Positions 26,138 through 39,617 of a stretch of 64,000 nucleotides of DNA are shown piece by piece. The DNA is taken from NCBI GenBank assembly GCA_964035545.1, contig OZ037770.1:5962729-6026728 (forward strand), written 5' to 3'. This DNA is from Bugula neritina. Lineage: Eukaryota; Animalia; Bryozoa. The translations under genes were made by a program, and so were the position numbers. Under the pieces are notes generated by a model, which saw only the letters and a list, made by a program, of their open reading frames with translations, was not told where the DNA came from and did no database searches. Numbering within the stretch: the stretch's first letter is position 1; each line of letters starts with the position of its first letter.

Positions 26138-29100
26138 ATGGTGAGTGGCAATACATTGTTGTCATTTGTAAACTTTATCAATTAAACTTTCCTTCCATTT
26201 TTAAGTGACTTATGTCTTAATCTTATACTTATACTTATACTTATAGTTATTCTTAAACTTAAACTGTAAAATTAAAACTATAACTATAAGTAAAAGCCAG
26301 AATTTAACTTGGTAATCTTATAAATTATAATTATTGAAAACAAAATGAAAAGGAAGATGAAGAAAAACTTATTATAATGATGGTTCATAAGTATGACAAT
26401 TAATATAATAATCATAATGATAATGTGAATACGAATGCAAATTTAATTATGTATAAATAATACAAATTTAATAAGAATGATAATTATTATTTAAAATTAA
26501 TGGTGATTCATCTAATTTGAATTTTATTGGAATAAAAGGTTTGATAAAATTGAAATAGTGATATACCCAAAGCAAAAGACTAAAATAAAAATGGAAGTTT
26601 AATATTTCAATTTTAATACATCTTATAAATAGAATTCTTGCATTCTTTAAAATTAATTTTATCTCTTTTTATCAATATTATGTAGCTATATTTATAAGTG
26701 AAAGATAAAAACTGAATATGTTTACAATTTGAATTAGTATAATCATAATAATACTCATTCTTATTGAGTTAGTGGTACTCATAGTGATAATCATTACACT
26801 ATCATTATCATTATGAAAGTGTCAATTCATTACTATAATAATAAGCATGTTCCATATTCATATTGTCTATTCAGGGCTCACTTTACAATTATTAACAATA
26901 ACATAAACAAATCAATTTTCTTAAAAATTCAAGGTTTTGCTTTGTCTTTGAATTTAAGGCAATTAGGCCTACTTTGATTTTGAGAAAATACAATTTCTGT
27001 AATAAATTGAAATTATAGGTTTCATCACTTAAGACTAAGTACAAATGTGTTTAGCTGTGATTTATTCACTGTTGCACAATTATGAATACCAAACTCTGAC
27101 AGTGTTATAAGTCACAATTTTTCACTGGCATATGTTAGCAAAGTGTGCCAATAACTATAAAACAGTTTTGATTTGAAATCCTGTAATATCTATTATCTCT
27201 CCTTTCTTATGTATGTTTTTGTACACGATGTACACTACTGCAGTATAGTATAAGTTATGTATGTTCTTTTGTTCACTGTACAGTACAGTGTTCATTGAAC
27301 TCTCCACATAATTGATCTGTTATAAGTATTATCTAATTTAAACTCACAAGTTGGGTTTGAACATTGACTTATCAATATAGAGTATTATAACTGTGAATTG
27401 ATTGCAGGCGTCATTACAACCAGTTTCTATAATGAAGGCAGGAGCGGAAGAGGAACGCTCTGAGATGGCCCGTATGGTAAAGTCACTATCTTGTGTTTTC
27501 TCTTTAACCAAATTATATAATTGCCTGATAATGTCTTGTGTTCATACCAGATTATGTTATAGTGCTTTGCTTTCCTTTCTTTTCCTTTCCTTTACTAGTC
27601 ATTATCACATGAAGTTATCCTCTGCTACTTGGGAAGTCCTGATCCTGAGTCTATATGTTTAGTGTGTGTCATGAGTGTCAGTTGGGTGTCATGAGTGTTA
27701 GTTGTGTGTCATGAGTGTCAGTTGTATGTCATAAGTGCCAGATGTGTATCATGAGTGTCAGGTGTTTGTCATGTGGCAGCAGATTTTTTTGGAAACAGCA
27801 ACAGCTCATTAATTGCTCTCTGTGATGCTCTGTGATTTCTAACTAATTTATTTTTTCTTTCAGTCCTCTTTTGTTGGTGCCATAGCAGTTGGAGACTTGG
27901 TGAAGAGTACTCTTGGACCCAAAGGAATGGTAGGTTCACTGTTTGCCCTGATCATTATGAGACTATCAGCTCTATGCTGTGTGCTGTATCACAAAACAGT
28001 TTGACCTTGCAGTAGATGTACCTGCCAATGTCTAGCTTGTTTACTGTTGTTCTCATTTACCATTGTTGGATTTTGTAGGACAAGATCTTGCAAAGTGTTG
28101 GGCCACACACAGATACGGTGACTGTGACAAACGATGGTGCGACTATAATGAAGTCTATAGGAGTGGACAACCCGGCAGCGAAGGTACTTGTTGACATCAG
28201 CAAGGTTCAAGATGACGAAGTTGGAGATGGTACAACTAGTGTCGTAGTCCTAGCTTGTGAACTGTTGAAGGTAAGGGAGGGTAACATGGATACATAGTAA
28301 GGCTGGTGAGGCTCTCAGTCAGCTTTCAATTATTCTAGCATTACAAATTTGAAGTATTTCCTATTGCTACTAGTATTACCTATTGATGCTCCTATTAACA
28401 AAAAGCTATTACATAACTATCATATATATGTTGTCATTTCTAAAGTTACTCATAAGATGATATTAACACTACCTTTGTCCACTATGTGCCAGTTTTACTG
28501 CAATAGATATCAATTAGCACTGAAAATACTCACTAGATAATAATATTAGTTATTGATTCATCTGCTACATATCCCACAGGAAGCTGAACAGCTCGTCTCA
28601 CAGAAGATGCACCCCCAGACTATCATCTCAGGATGGAGGAAGTCCGTGGATGTGGCTAGAGCTGCGCTGGAGAAGTTTGCTAGGAATCATGGGTAATGAC
28701 TCATCCGATACCAACTTCCTGTGTCTCTGTAGTCCAGGGTGTGATGTGAAACTCAGGTGCTTTTTTCCTGTAGAGACGACCCGGTGAAGTTCCGTGAGGA
28801 TTTGATGAACATAGCTCGCACCACACTCTCCTCCAAGATTCTCACGGGACACAAGGACTACTTCTCCAACCTGGCTGTAGACGCTGTCCTCAGACTCAAA
28901 GGCAGCGGTAACCTAGACGCCATACAGATGATCAAAAAGCCTGGCGGTTTCCTTCACAACAGCTACCTGGATGAAGGTAATCCCTCCCCCTCTCTTGATC
29001 TCCATCAACCTACATGCTATGGCTGTGACACAGACTTTACTGCCAGCAAACCCTACATGTTTCACATACAAAGCTAAGAATATTTTCTTGTGCCTGTGTT

Positions 29101-32100
29101 TCATATTTCAAAAGATGCTGCACTCATCATAAGTATATATTTTACGATTTTATTCTCCACCATTTAGCATCTATAAATTCTATTTACTGGCGCCTCAGCC
29201 ACAATGATAACAGAAGTTGTCTTGCCTCTGGTAAGCGTGCATGTCTTTAGTAGCAGCTGATTTGTTCGTCATTACAACCTTTATCACTAAATTCTTGCAG
29301 GGTTCCTCCTAGATAAGAAAGTTGGAGTCAACCAACCGAAACGAGTTGAGAATGCCAGAATACTCATAGCCAATACACCAATGGACACAGACAAAATCAA
29401 GGTAGGCTTTCAGCTAGCTTTGTGCAGTCGATACACTTGCCGTGCAACTTTACTACTTCCTCTCTCCACCCCCTGTCTTTCCCATTTTCTCCCCTTTTCA
29501 CCCTCTCTTTCTCCCCCTCTCCCTTCTCCCTCTCTTTTTCTGCACTTTATCTCCCCCTCTCCCCACCTATCTCCTTTCCCTTCCTCCCCCTTTCTCTCCC
29601 TCCTCCCTCTCCCTCCTTCCCCCCTTTCTCTCCCTCCCCTCTCTCTCCCTCCCTCTCCCTCCCTTCCCCCTTTCTCTCCCTCCTTCCCCCTTTCTCTCCC
29701 TCCTTCCCCCTTTCTCTCCCCCTCTCTCTCTCACCTAGAATATGTTTCTATGACTCCAGGTGTTTGGATCTCGTGTACGAGTGGACGGAGTTGCTAAAGT
29801 AGCCGAACTAGAGTTGGCAGAAAAGGAGAAAATGAAAGAGAAGGTGGAACTAATTCTTTCCCACAATCCCACAGTGTTTATAAACAGGTTGGTGTTTCCT
29901 ACAATACAGGTTGGTGCCCACCACTAACTTGTGATATACATTATATGATGGCGTAGTAGTGTATCCAGTACAGGGTCATTATTCGAATGGATAGATTTTC
30001 CATGAACTTATGATTGTAGTTTCATTCCATGTAGCTGTTTCCAAACACCGAATGAAAAATCCATTCACATTATGCGAATAATGAAAACGCAATGACGCAC
30101 ATGAGCATACAGATATGTAATAGTAATGGTAATAATATGTGATTTGTTGTGATTGCAGACAGTTGATATACAACTACCCTGAACAGCTGTTTGCTGACAA
30201 AGGTGTGATGGCCATTGAACATGCCGACTTCGAAGGGGTAGAACGTCTGGCTCTAGTAACAGGTCAGTCATCTCACTACCAGTATCACTCTGACTACCAG
30301 TATCACTCTTACTACCAGTATCACTGTCACTACCAGTATCACTCTCACTAACTACCAGTATCACTCTCACTATCAGTATCACTCTCACTAACTACCAGTA
30401 TCACTCACTATCAGTATCACTCTTACTAACTACCAGTATCACTCTGAGTACCAGTATCACTCTCACTACCAGTATCACTCTCACTACCAGTATCACTCTC
30501 ACTACCAAGACCACTCTTACTACCAGTATCACTCTCACTACCAGTATTACTCTCACTACCAGTATCACTGGCTATCACTGTTCTATATATTTTACACCAG
30601 CTCCTCCATATAGTTTAGGCGATGCATAAAACCCTGTTAACGCAGATGAGCAGATTCTCTTGTAAGGAAATCAGTTGATATAAGAATGTGTTGCAAATTA
30701 TTCTCAGAAAGCACATTTAAAAGTTCTGCAACTGTTTTGAGCAATGAATCTGCTGTTTTGTGGAAACTATTGAACGAACATTCTATTGAAAAAGAAACCT
30801 TTTAAAATATCATAAAAACATTTATATATGTTTCATTGAAATTCGTTCTATAGCTGTAGGCTGTGTAGCTAGAATAGGTTTGTATGTTAGCTATTATTGG
30901 TATTTCACAGCTGGCAGAATATAGGAAATTCAGTCGGAAGAGTTTAAAATGTTTTGAGTGTTCCTGTACAGCTTTGTGGAGTATATGGGGATTCTGATTT
31001 GTTGTTTTGCTGTTTAGGCGGAGAAATTTGTTCGACGTTTGACACTCCCGGATCAGTTAAACTCGGCAAGTGTGATCTCATTGAAGAAGTTATCATAGGA
31101 GAAGATAAACTACTGAAGTTCTCTGGTAAGTCCTTGCTTTAACTCATCACAGGGGCTTATTATTTGAGTTTAGTGATTCACTATTTATTACATCTCATTA
31201 GAGGTGATACAAGTTGCTGGGGTAGCTGGGTGTGTATAGAAGGTGATACATGTTACAGGGGTAGCTCTAGGAGAAGCCTGTACAATCATTCTACGTGGTG
31301 CGACTCAACAGATTCTAGATGAAGCGGAGAGATCTCTACACGATGCCTTGTGTGTCCTCTCCGAGACTGTGAAAGAGACGAGGGTTGTGTACGGTAAGTG
31401 TCCTTGACATTCTACTGCTGTATCTCTCTGTGTACTTTATCCGCTAGTTAAATAATGACCAGTTCACCTCCTTCAGGTGGCGGATGTTCTGAGATGGTGA
31501 TGAGCAACGCTGTTACCAAGTTAGCTGAGACCACAGCCGGCAAGGAAGCTGTAGCTATGGAAGCTTTTGCTAGGGCTCTTCGACAGGTGAGTAGTAGTAC
31601 TAGTAGTAGTAGTAGTACTAATAGTAGTACTAGTAGTGCTAATAGTAGTAATGGTACTAATAGTAGTAGTGGTAGTACTAGTACTTGTAGTAGTAGTAGT
31701 AGGGTTGGTGGCGGCGGTGATGGTGATACCAATTAGTGATATTCTTATAACAAAGTCCTCTCAGCTCCTCCACCTTTTCTATCCTATATTTAAGATTCCT
31801 ACGACAATAGCAGACAATGCAGGATATGACAGTGCTGACCTAGTCTCACAACTCCGAGCTGCCCACAATGACGGATTTGACACCAGTGGTCTAGGTATGT
31901 CAGCATATCTTCATATGGCAGCTGTAAACGAGAGTCACGCCTCCTTGACACTTATCAGTTGACTTTGTTTAGTTTCCGAAAGAATCACTCATTACCCTCT
32001 CCTCAATCTTGTGTTCATCTTGTTTAAGTTATAAAGTTGTGCCAATGAACTGAATGTGCGTATGTGTGTGTATGAATGTATGTAGTGTGCGGGACAAGTA

Positions 32101-32304
32101 TTGGCTCTCATATCATAGTCTTCTCTGTTGACAGACATGAACAATGGCGAGATAGCAGACATGGTGGAGCTGGGGATCACCGAGTCCTTCCAAGTCAAGC
32201 GACAAGTTCTCATGTCTGCCGCAGAAGCTGCGGAGATGATTCTCCGTGTAGATAACATAGTAAAGTCAGCACCTCGTCAGCGTATGCCTGATCAGTGCAT
32301 GTAG
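26138..32304 (+). CDS. CCT2: T-complex protein 1 subunit beta (CCT-beta), 14 coding exons, ~533 aa
   Basis: Exons: 26138-26140 (ATG), 27408-27476, 27864-27929, 28079-28270, 28580-28692, 28774-28976, 29301-29401, 29760-29887, 30159-30262, 31018-31125, 31259-31393, 31477-31586, 31795-31894, 32135-32304; total 1602 nt. Motifs [60 protein letters not shown] and [13 protein letters not shown] are typical of the beta subunit. Confidence 0.97.
29460..29735. repeat. Polypyrimidine (CT-rich) low-complexity tract in CCT2 intron
   Basis: About 270 nt, almost all C/T. Confidence 0.9.
30270..30570. repeat. 18-bp minisatellite (tatcactctcactaccag) just after a CCT2 donor
   Basis: Tandem copies starting a few nt after the GT at 30263. 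Confidence 0.92.
31590..31700. repeat. (AGT)n microsatellite continuous with a gtgagt splice donor
   Basis: Direct observation. Confidence 0.9.
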
Positions 32305-33797
32305 AAAGTCCGCGTGCTGCCAATCAGAACTGTGCGCTAGATATCTCTGACAGAAACTTGGATATCTGCACTGCTTACCTGTACAAATCTAAGTGCAAAC
32401 TGTTTCTTTCTAGAGTCAGTCCATGCCAGTTTCTTTACTCTGTGCACTCTGTAGCATGGAATATCTTGTACTTGTGCTGTATCTCATTGTATATCATGTA
32501 AGATTAAATGTTTTTACACATATACAACTTTTGGTTTGAATATATTTAAATGTTGGTATACTTCTTTTAGCTTGTAATGTTTCTAATAAATATGCCGTGT
32601 GAGTTGAGCCAATAAAACTTATGTTGAACTGTCTTGTTGGCTGCTAGTATTTCAGTAAATGTCTCTGTTAGGTTTTATAGAGCACAGTTTCTGTCTTATG
32701 CGGGCCTTTGGTTTCGTCATACAAGTGAATTCAATTGTAGTAATTTGTGTCTGCAGTTTACATAAAATTTGCAAAACATGTTGAGATGAAGCTATAATAG
32801 TATAATATGTATTTCTGAGGCATGGGGAGTCTTGCGATTAGCAACTTTTTGTTTCCAGACAATGCAGCTTTAGTTCTATACTCAGTAAGATATCTGCCTG
32901 CATGATGTCTAGTGTGCCAGGATCTCAAATGCTGTTTATTTAGGCTAGGTTGATTTGAAATGTAGTTTCAGTCGGGCAGTTCATTGGCGAAGTTCATTGA
33001 ACCATTGGCTATTTGTCATTTAAGCTATATTTGCATTTGTGAGTTATTTGTCAACTCACCTAGTAATTGTATATCTCCCCAGAACAACTTGGCGGTTGGT
33101 GTATCGAATGATTGATTCAAGGTTAGGTCTTGTCCTAAACTTTAAGGAGAGTTGGAGTCTAGGATCCTAAGCTGAGCATGTATTAACACCCTAACAATAT
33201 TGTTTGCATCCTGAGAAAAAATTTAGCTTATATTTATAAACAAACGCATAGTGTGTGCCACAAAATTTATGTCAACTCACACAGTAGCTTTTATTTTATT
33301 AAAAATGAGGCACAGCCTCATGCTATGCAGAGAGAGCATAACTACAATTTCAGTAAATATAAAGACAGCACTGTGTAGGTGTGGCCTGTGTGACGTTATA
33401 AATTACAATGTTTATAGATAAGAGACAGTGCACAATATAAGAGAAGTGTGCATATATAAAAGTAGAAAGGTAGGGTATGGTAGGCAGAAAAACATATATC
33501 AATAATTTGTATTATATTTGTACATTTTGCTGCCTATTTAAATATTGCATAACATGTGTTAGATTTGCTTTGCGGAAATGTCTACCAATACACTAACCTC
33601 TAGCAGGAAACTCTCAGATACAATACATACTGTTAGGCGTTGGCCTACCTAAATATAGGCCATACGAGGAGATAAGATAAACTATCAGTGCAAAGCAGTG
33701 CCTACCTTACGTTACGTATCAACAGGGTACTTGCCTGTCATTGTGAAGATATGAGTTGAATAAGAATAGTCCCCTTTCAATAGCTGATGTACTCACT

Positions 33798-36615
33798 ATG
33801 TTTAACTGCCGTGTGGTAACTCTGGTAAGTATATAAGCTGTTTATTACAAAATAATCACGATTATGCTGCATAATTCATGTTGGATAATGTACAAGTAAA
33901 ACTTACCATAATGATGATGTGTATATACGGTACATATAAGTGCTGTTTGCATACTGTGTGTATACTGTGCGTATACTTTGTATGTGTGTATAATGTGTAT
34001 AGTGTATACTGTGCATACTCTGTATGTGTGCATGTATACTGTGTATAGTTTGAATACTGTGTGTATATTGTTTATAGTTTGAATACTTTGTATGTGATGT
34101 GTATTATGTGTGTATACTATATTGTACTGTGTATATTGTGTACACTTTGCATACTGTGCATACTGTGTATAGTCTGTGTATACTGCTATATGTAATATGT
34201 ACTGTGTGTATAATGTATATAGGTTCTGCGCATACTGTATACTGTGTATACTGTGTGTACTGTGTATACTGCGTGTACTGCGTGTACTGTGTATAATGTG
34301 TATACACAGTATACACAGTATACTGTGTATACTGTGTATACTGTGTGTATTGTATATACTGTGTACTGGTTTGCATGTATTTCGTTTCAACAAAATATAT
34401 CCAATATTTTCATAACTCTTCAGACATTTATGTTTTGTTTATCTTAGCCTCTGTAATATTTCAGCTTAGCCTACTGGTCCACTGTGTTTCCTACAGTAAG
34501 AACCTGAGTGTAGACGCTATCACCACGTCCCCTACAGGTGAGAAACATCCCCTATAGCATTCTGTCAAAACCGCACTGATTACTACCCTATAAGCAGTAA
34601 GTTCGCTGCATAAGTTATATTTCTACATTTTGAAAAGTTTCCTTTCCAAGCCATCTTTCTCTAATGCCCAAATGTCTAAAGCATGAATTCTAGAATTAAT
34701 AAATTGCTGAACACGTATAAGCTAATACTATTTTTACTAAATATTGGAGAAATTAGACTTAAACCCTAGGTTATGAGGTCATACTGAGTGTACGTCACGA
34801 GGTGTAGGGTTGTGCCTTGGCCACTCTCCTTGCTAACCTTTTCTCTATTGAAGCTACTGATGACACCTGATTTTGATAGTTCAAAAATTACCTCCGCTTC
34901 TCTCAACACTCTCTTGTTGATTTTGGATGCATGCATTTGCTGTGCTATTAGATCTAAAATTGGGATTCGTATTTTGCTATTTTTTTAAAGGACGTTATAG
35001 GGGTTCAGTTTATTTGAAGACAACCTTTATACTTTCAAATAAAAAGTCATACATTTTTGTTCTGCATCCAGAGCTTTTATATAGCAATATTTTTAGCCCA
35101 ATATAATATGGAAACTACGCAAAATTAATTAGACTCCTATATCATATTTATTTACGTCAATCTACAAATGTGTAATTGTTTATAATTAGTTGATTTCTCG
35201 GAACATTAGATTTGAGAATGTTATACGATCTCGTTGAGATAAAAAATCAATGGTAAAAATAATTACAAATTCTCAAGCAATATAGTTCTTAAACAGCCAA
35301 ACAAAAAAAATCTTAATATTACAGATTTTAAAAGTGTTAATTTGTCATAATTCAAGTCATATTAACCAAAATGAAAAATAATTACACGGCCCACCGGGAT
35401 TCAAACCACAGACCTCCGGTCTTGCAAGTAGGCACGCTAACCAATTACACCACAATATAGCTACTGGGTACACTAATCACTAGATCTCACCCAGTTTTCT
35501 GAACTCCACTGGCCTATCTACTACTCTTTCAGCCTTCAGCTAAGCGCCCCTAGCCTCTCAACTCCCCGGAGTACTATTACTGCACCTCACTAAAGGCCAA
35601 CGTGTAAACTCATCACTACACACAACAAGATAGCAATGCTTTTATAATGCCTTTTTATTTACTAGTAACTTGAAATTAGTTTATGCAAATCTTTACCTTT
35701 ATGCTATCGTATATCTTTAGGTTTAAAATAATTTATGAGTCACATTTGAAAATCTGCCTCATCAGTTTTTTCCTTGTATGATAAATAAAGTAGTGTTGAG
35801 TGACTTGCTCAATATCTACCAGACAGCTTTAATAGTTGGCTAAAAAGGAAGTGCTAATTTATCTAATTGCATATAGGGACAGTGTAGTAATGAGGTAGAT
35901 GCAGTATTGGAAAAATGGAGAAAAGCCTGCATGTTCTAGATTAGAAATGTAGCATAAGCAGTTATGTTCTAGTCAAAATTTGAACCTGCCCCACAAGCCA
36001 AAATTTAACAACAAAATTAAAGAATTTAAGCTTTTTCAATTTCTCCACTACTGCTTCTCAATGAGCATGCACCTGTTAGGGTTTCCTTGTTAATTACAGC
36101 CAGACTCCTTGCAGCTACATCAGAGTTTTTACCATTTCAACATAAGCTTATATCTAATATAGTTTGAGCAGTTGTTTCATTGCTTTTCTCTTAGCAAAAC
36201 AAAGGAAGGTGCATTAAGGAATCTAGTGAAAAAATCATACTTACCTTCTTCTTAGAGTTTATTCAGACAATTGAGATGGTAGGACCATTGAACTATAACT
36301 CCGGGTTATAGTTTCAGTTCAGTGGGTAGAACCTAGTGTGTTAGGTACTGAAACATTTTTAAAATGTGTTTTGATTCATATCAGAGAAATTGAGGAAAGT
36401 TTGCATAATAAATAACATATAATAGAATAAAACCATAGTTTTAGGCTTTATTAGAACCTCTAAAGCCCACAACCTTTAAACTAAGTTTTGAATATATTAT
36501 ATTGTTTATTATCTAATACTTGAGCTCTCTGATATGAGTCTGCATGCACTCTGAATATACTTTGATGACAATGAAGTTACAGCATAAAATGATTCACTTA
36601 GTTTAATTTCACACT

Positions 36616-36656
<41 letters not shown>

Positions 36657-36730
36657 ACACACACACACACACACACACACGCACGCACACACACACGCAC
36701 ACACACACACACACGCACGCACACACACGT

Positions 36731-36761
<31 letters not shown>

Positions 36762-36828
36762 CACACACACGCACGCACGCACGCACACACACACACACAC
36801 GCACGCACACACACACACACACACCCGT

Positions 36829-36914
<86 letters not shown>

Positions 36915-39414
36915 ATTATAAAGAAAGTGTTGTGGTTATTTTGTAGTGCTTCCTCCAGTAACTGAGGTGAGGGCTAGTTTATCTCCTATAGATTATCCAA
37001 GTGTTCTCGTCAGATGGAAAAGCTCTTTCTTGAACCCCCTATGGGACACTGTGAGAGTAACATGCACCCCAGAATGCCCCCCTGTTGTTGTCACTTATAG
37101 TAAACAGACGGCAGCTAAAGTTACCGACCTCCTCCCTGGGGAAAAATATGTCTTTAGAGTTACTGCACTTAGCAACAGCAAGATGATAGCTTCGGTAGAA
37201 AGTCAACCATTGATTGTTGGTAAGAAGAGTCTTCATAGAACACTAACATCTACAATACCTTAAAAATCTGCAATACACTGACATGTACAAGACAATGATA
37301 TATTTACAAGACACCAATACTTCCGTACAGTACACTAACAATACATATAATAAATTTCATGGTTGAAGTAATTTTTTGATTATAATAAAAGTTTTGTTGA
37401 TTTTGTTGTGATTACACCGTTGTATTTAGTAACAATATTGTCATGGTCTAGACTTTAGTGATTAGACTTTTGTCTTCAGAGAATAAATAGCCACTTAGTT
37501 TTTTTCCAAACCACAAAAAATTTAAATCATAAAAACTGACAAAATGAAGTTGACTGCAAAAGATAAGTTTGATTGTAGATACCACTCCAGTGACCAATAT
37601 CACAGCTGCCTTGCTGCCAGAACAGAACAGCACATCTGTGAGAGTTACCTGGGACTACATCTCTATACCAACACTAGGAAGCGACATAGAGATCCTGTGT
37701 GAGCCAGAGTGCCTAGGAAAATGGGTGATGGACAGAGCCAGGTCAGAAATAGTCTCTCGTCTTATCCAAGGAGAATCGTATGCGTTCAAAGTCGGTGTGA
37801 GATACAAACGGATTCATACAGTCAGCAACCTATCCAATCCTGTCACACTGGGTATACTATATTTATACCTGTTATGTAGAACTTGATTGGCTGTACTTTT
37901 CAATCTAGTGAAGATAATTGGTTAGGAGACTATTGCAAGCTTGTCATAACAGTTGAAGCAATTGTGGTTGACTTTAAATAGGGACAACATAAGATTTTAT
38001 GCAGCTATATGCATTCTAACAACTTTTTCAACTTTAATTTGAGAATAATGTTTGTTTTTATTAAAAAGTTTCAACAACTCCATTTGTGATATTTTAATTA
38101 ACATCCTCTCTTTGTACATTTTGTACTAGTAATATCTTGTACAAAAATATCATTGTTTCCATCTTCACTAGCTGAACGCATTTTAAAACAAGACATAAAC
38201 TATTTTGTTGCTTTGGTATCAACCAGCCAACTGTTCCTATATAAACATAGACTAATTATAATAAGCATTTTGCATACAGACAAAATATTATGTTCTGATA
38301 AATAACTTTTAACAGGTTAATATTGCTTTATACAAAACATTATAATCTCATCACAGTTCTTGTTATGTACTGTTGATATTTTGAAGCTAAAGCGCTTGCG
38401 TAGACATGACTTTGTTACAATATGTAAAAGATACTTCATTGTAGCCATGTGTTCCACAGTACTGTCTGCTCATATGACATGCTATCTCTCAATAGGTGCA
38501 CCGGTATGACATGGGAGTTGTTGGGTGTCACTGATGTATTTCTAGAATAATTATAATTAATATCTCGCTTATTATCAACAAAAGTTTATAACAGCCATAT
38601 TTGTTACAAGTTAGTTTAAATTTGAAGTGTGAATCATATTATGCTGCTTTATGAAATATCTTCTAGCTGTACTCTACAATCATGTGACTTGCTACAGTTC
38701 CAGCTTCAGCGAGCAATGTCACCTCCATCCTGTCATCAAACTACTACACAAGTGGAGCTATGGTCTCCTGGACTAACCCTCCTTTCTACACTAAATGGGA
38801 CTATGTAAGAGTTTCCTGTCTCCCAGAATGCTCTTCTATCAATGTCAGCTCAAAGCTGAGCTCAGCTGAAGTCTCCGGTTTAAGTCCAGGGACTGCGTAC
38901 TCCTTCGGTGTGACAGTGGTTAAAGATGAGCTAGAGTCACCAACTATATGGAGTGAGAGTCAGACTCAAGGTGAACTGAGATCAGTTTATGTCTGTAGTC
39001 TACACTCACCCTACTATATGCCCTATATTCTTCAGTAGGCTAAGGCATTCTTTAGGAGAGTGAAACTGCTGGAATTAAGCTTGCCTCAACAATGATTAGT
39101 TGCTATTTATAGCTAATAATAGTTTAAACTTATATATTGCTTTCAGAGAATCCTTTTGAAATGAGAGATGAACCAATTTATTACCTCTTTGTTTAATTAT
39201 TTGTTTGCTTAGCTGATGAATTTACTCAGTGGTCTCAATTGTAATGGCTAGCACATTTGCTTGTAAGCCAGAGGTCTCGGGTTTGAATCTCAGTGGGAGC
39301 AAAGCTTTTTCATAGAGATATACCTATATATTTGAGGTGTTTGCATAGTAGCCAAAAGCATCTTGCTTTATGTGTATCAAACGGACGAGAACACACACAC
39401 AATACACACACACA

Positions 39415-39507
<93 letters not shown>

Positions 39508-39580
39508 CGCACACACGCACACACACACACACACAATACACACACACAATACACACACACACACACACACACGCACACAC

Positions 39581-39617
<37 letters not shown>

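Noticed and set aside
27477-30158. Intronic snoRNAs in CCT2, including the inverted repeat at 29976-30084
   Set aside because: No convincing C/D or H/ACA box pair with terminal stem by eye; the inverted repeat looks like a MITE remnant. An Infernal/Rfam scan would be decisive.
35388-35455. Functional tRNA gene
   Set aside because: Acceptor stem cannot be paired and the B box is degenerate; better explained as a SINE head or pseudogene.
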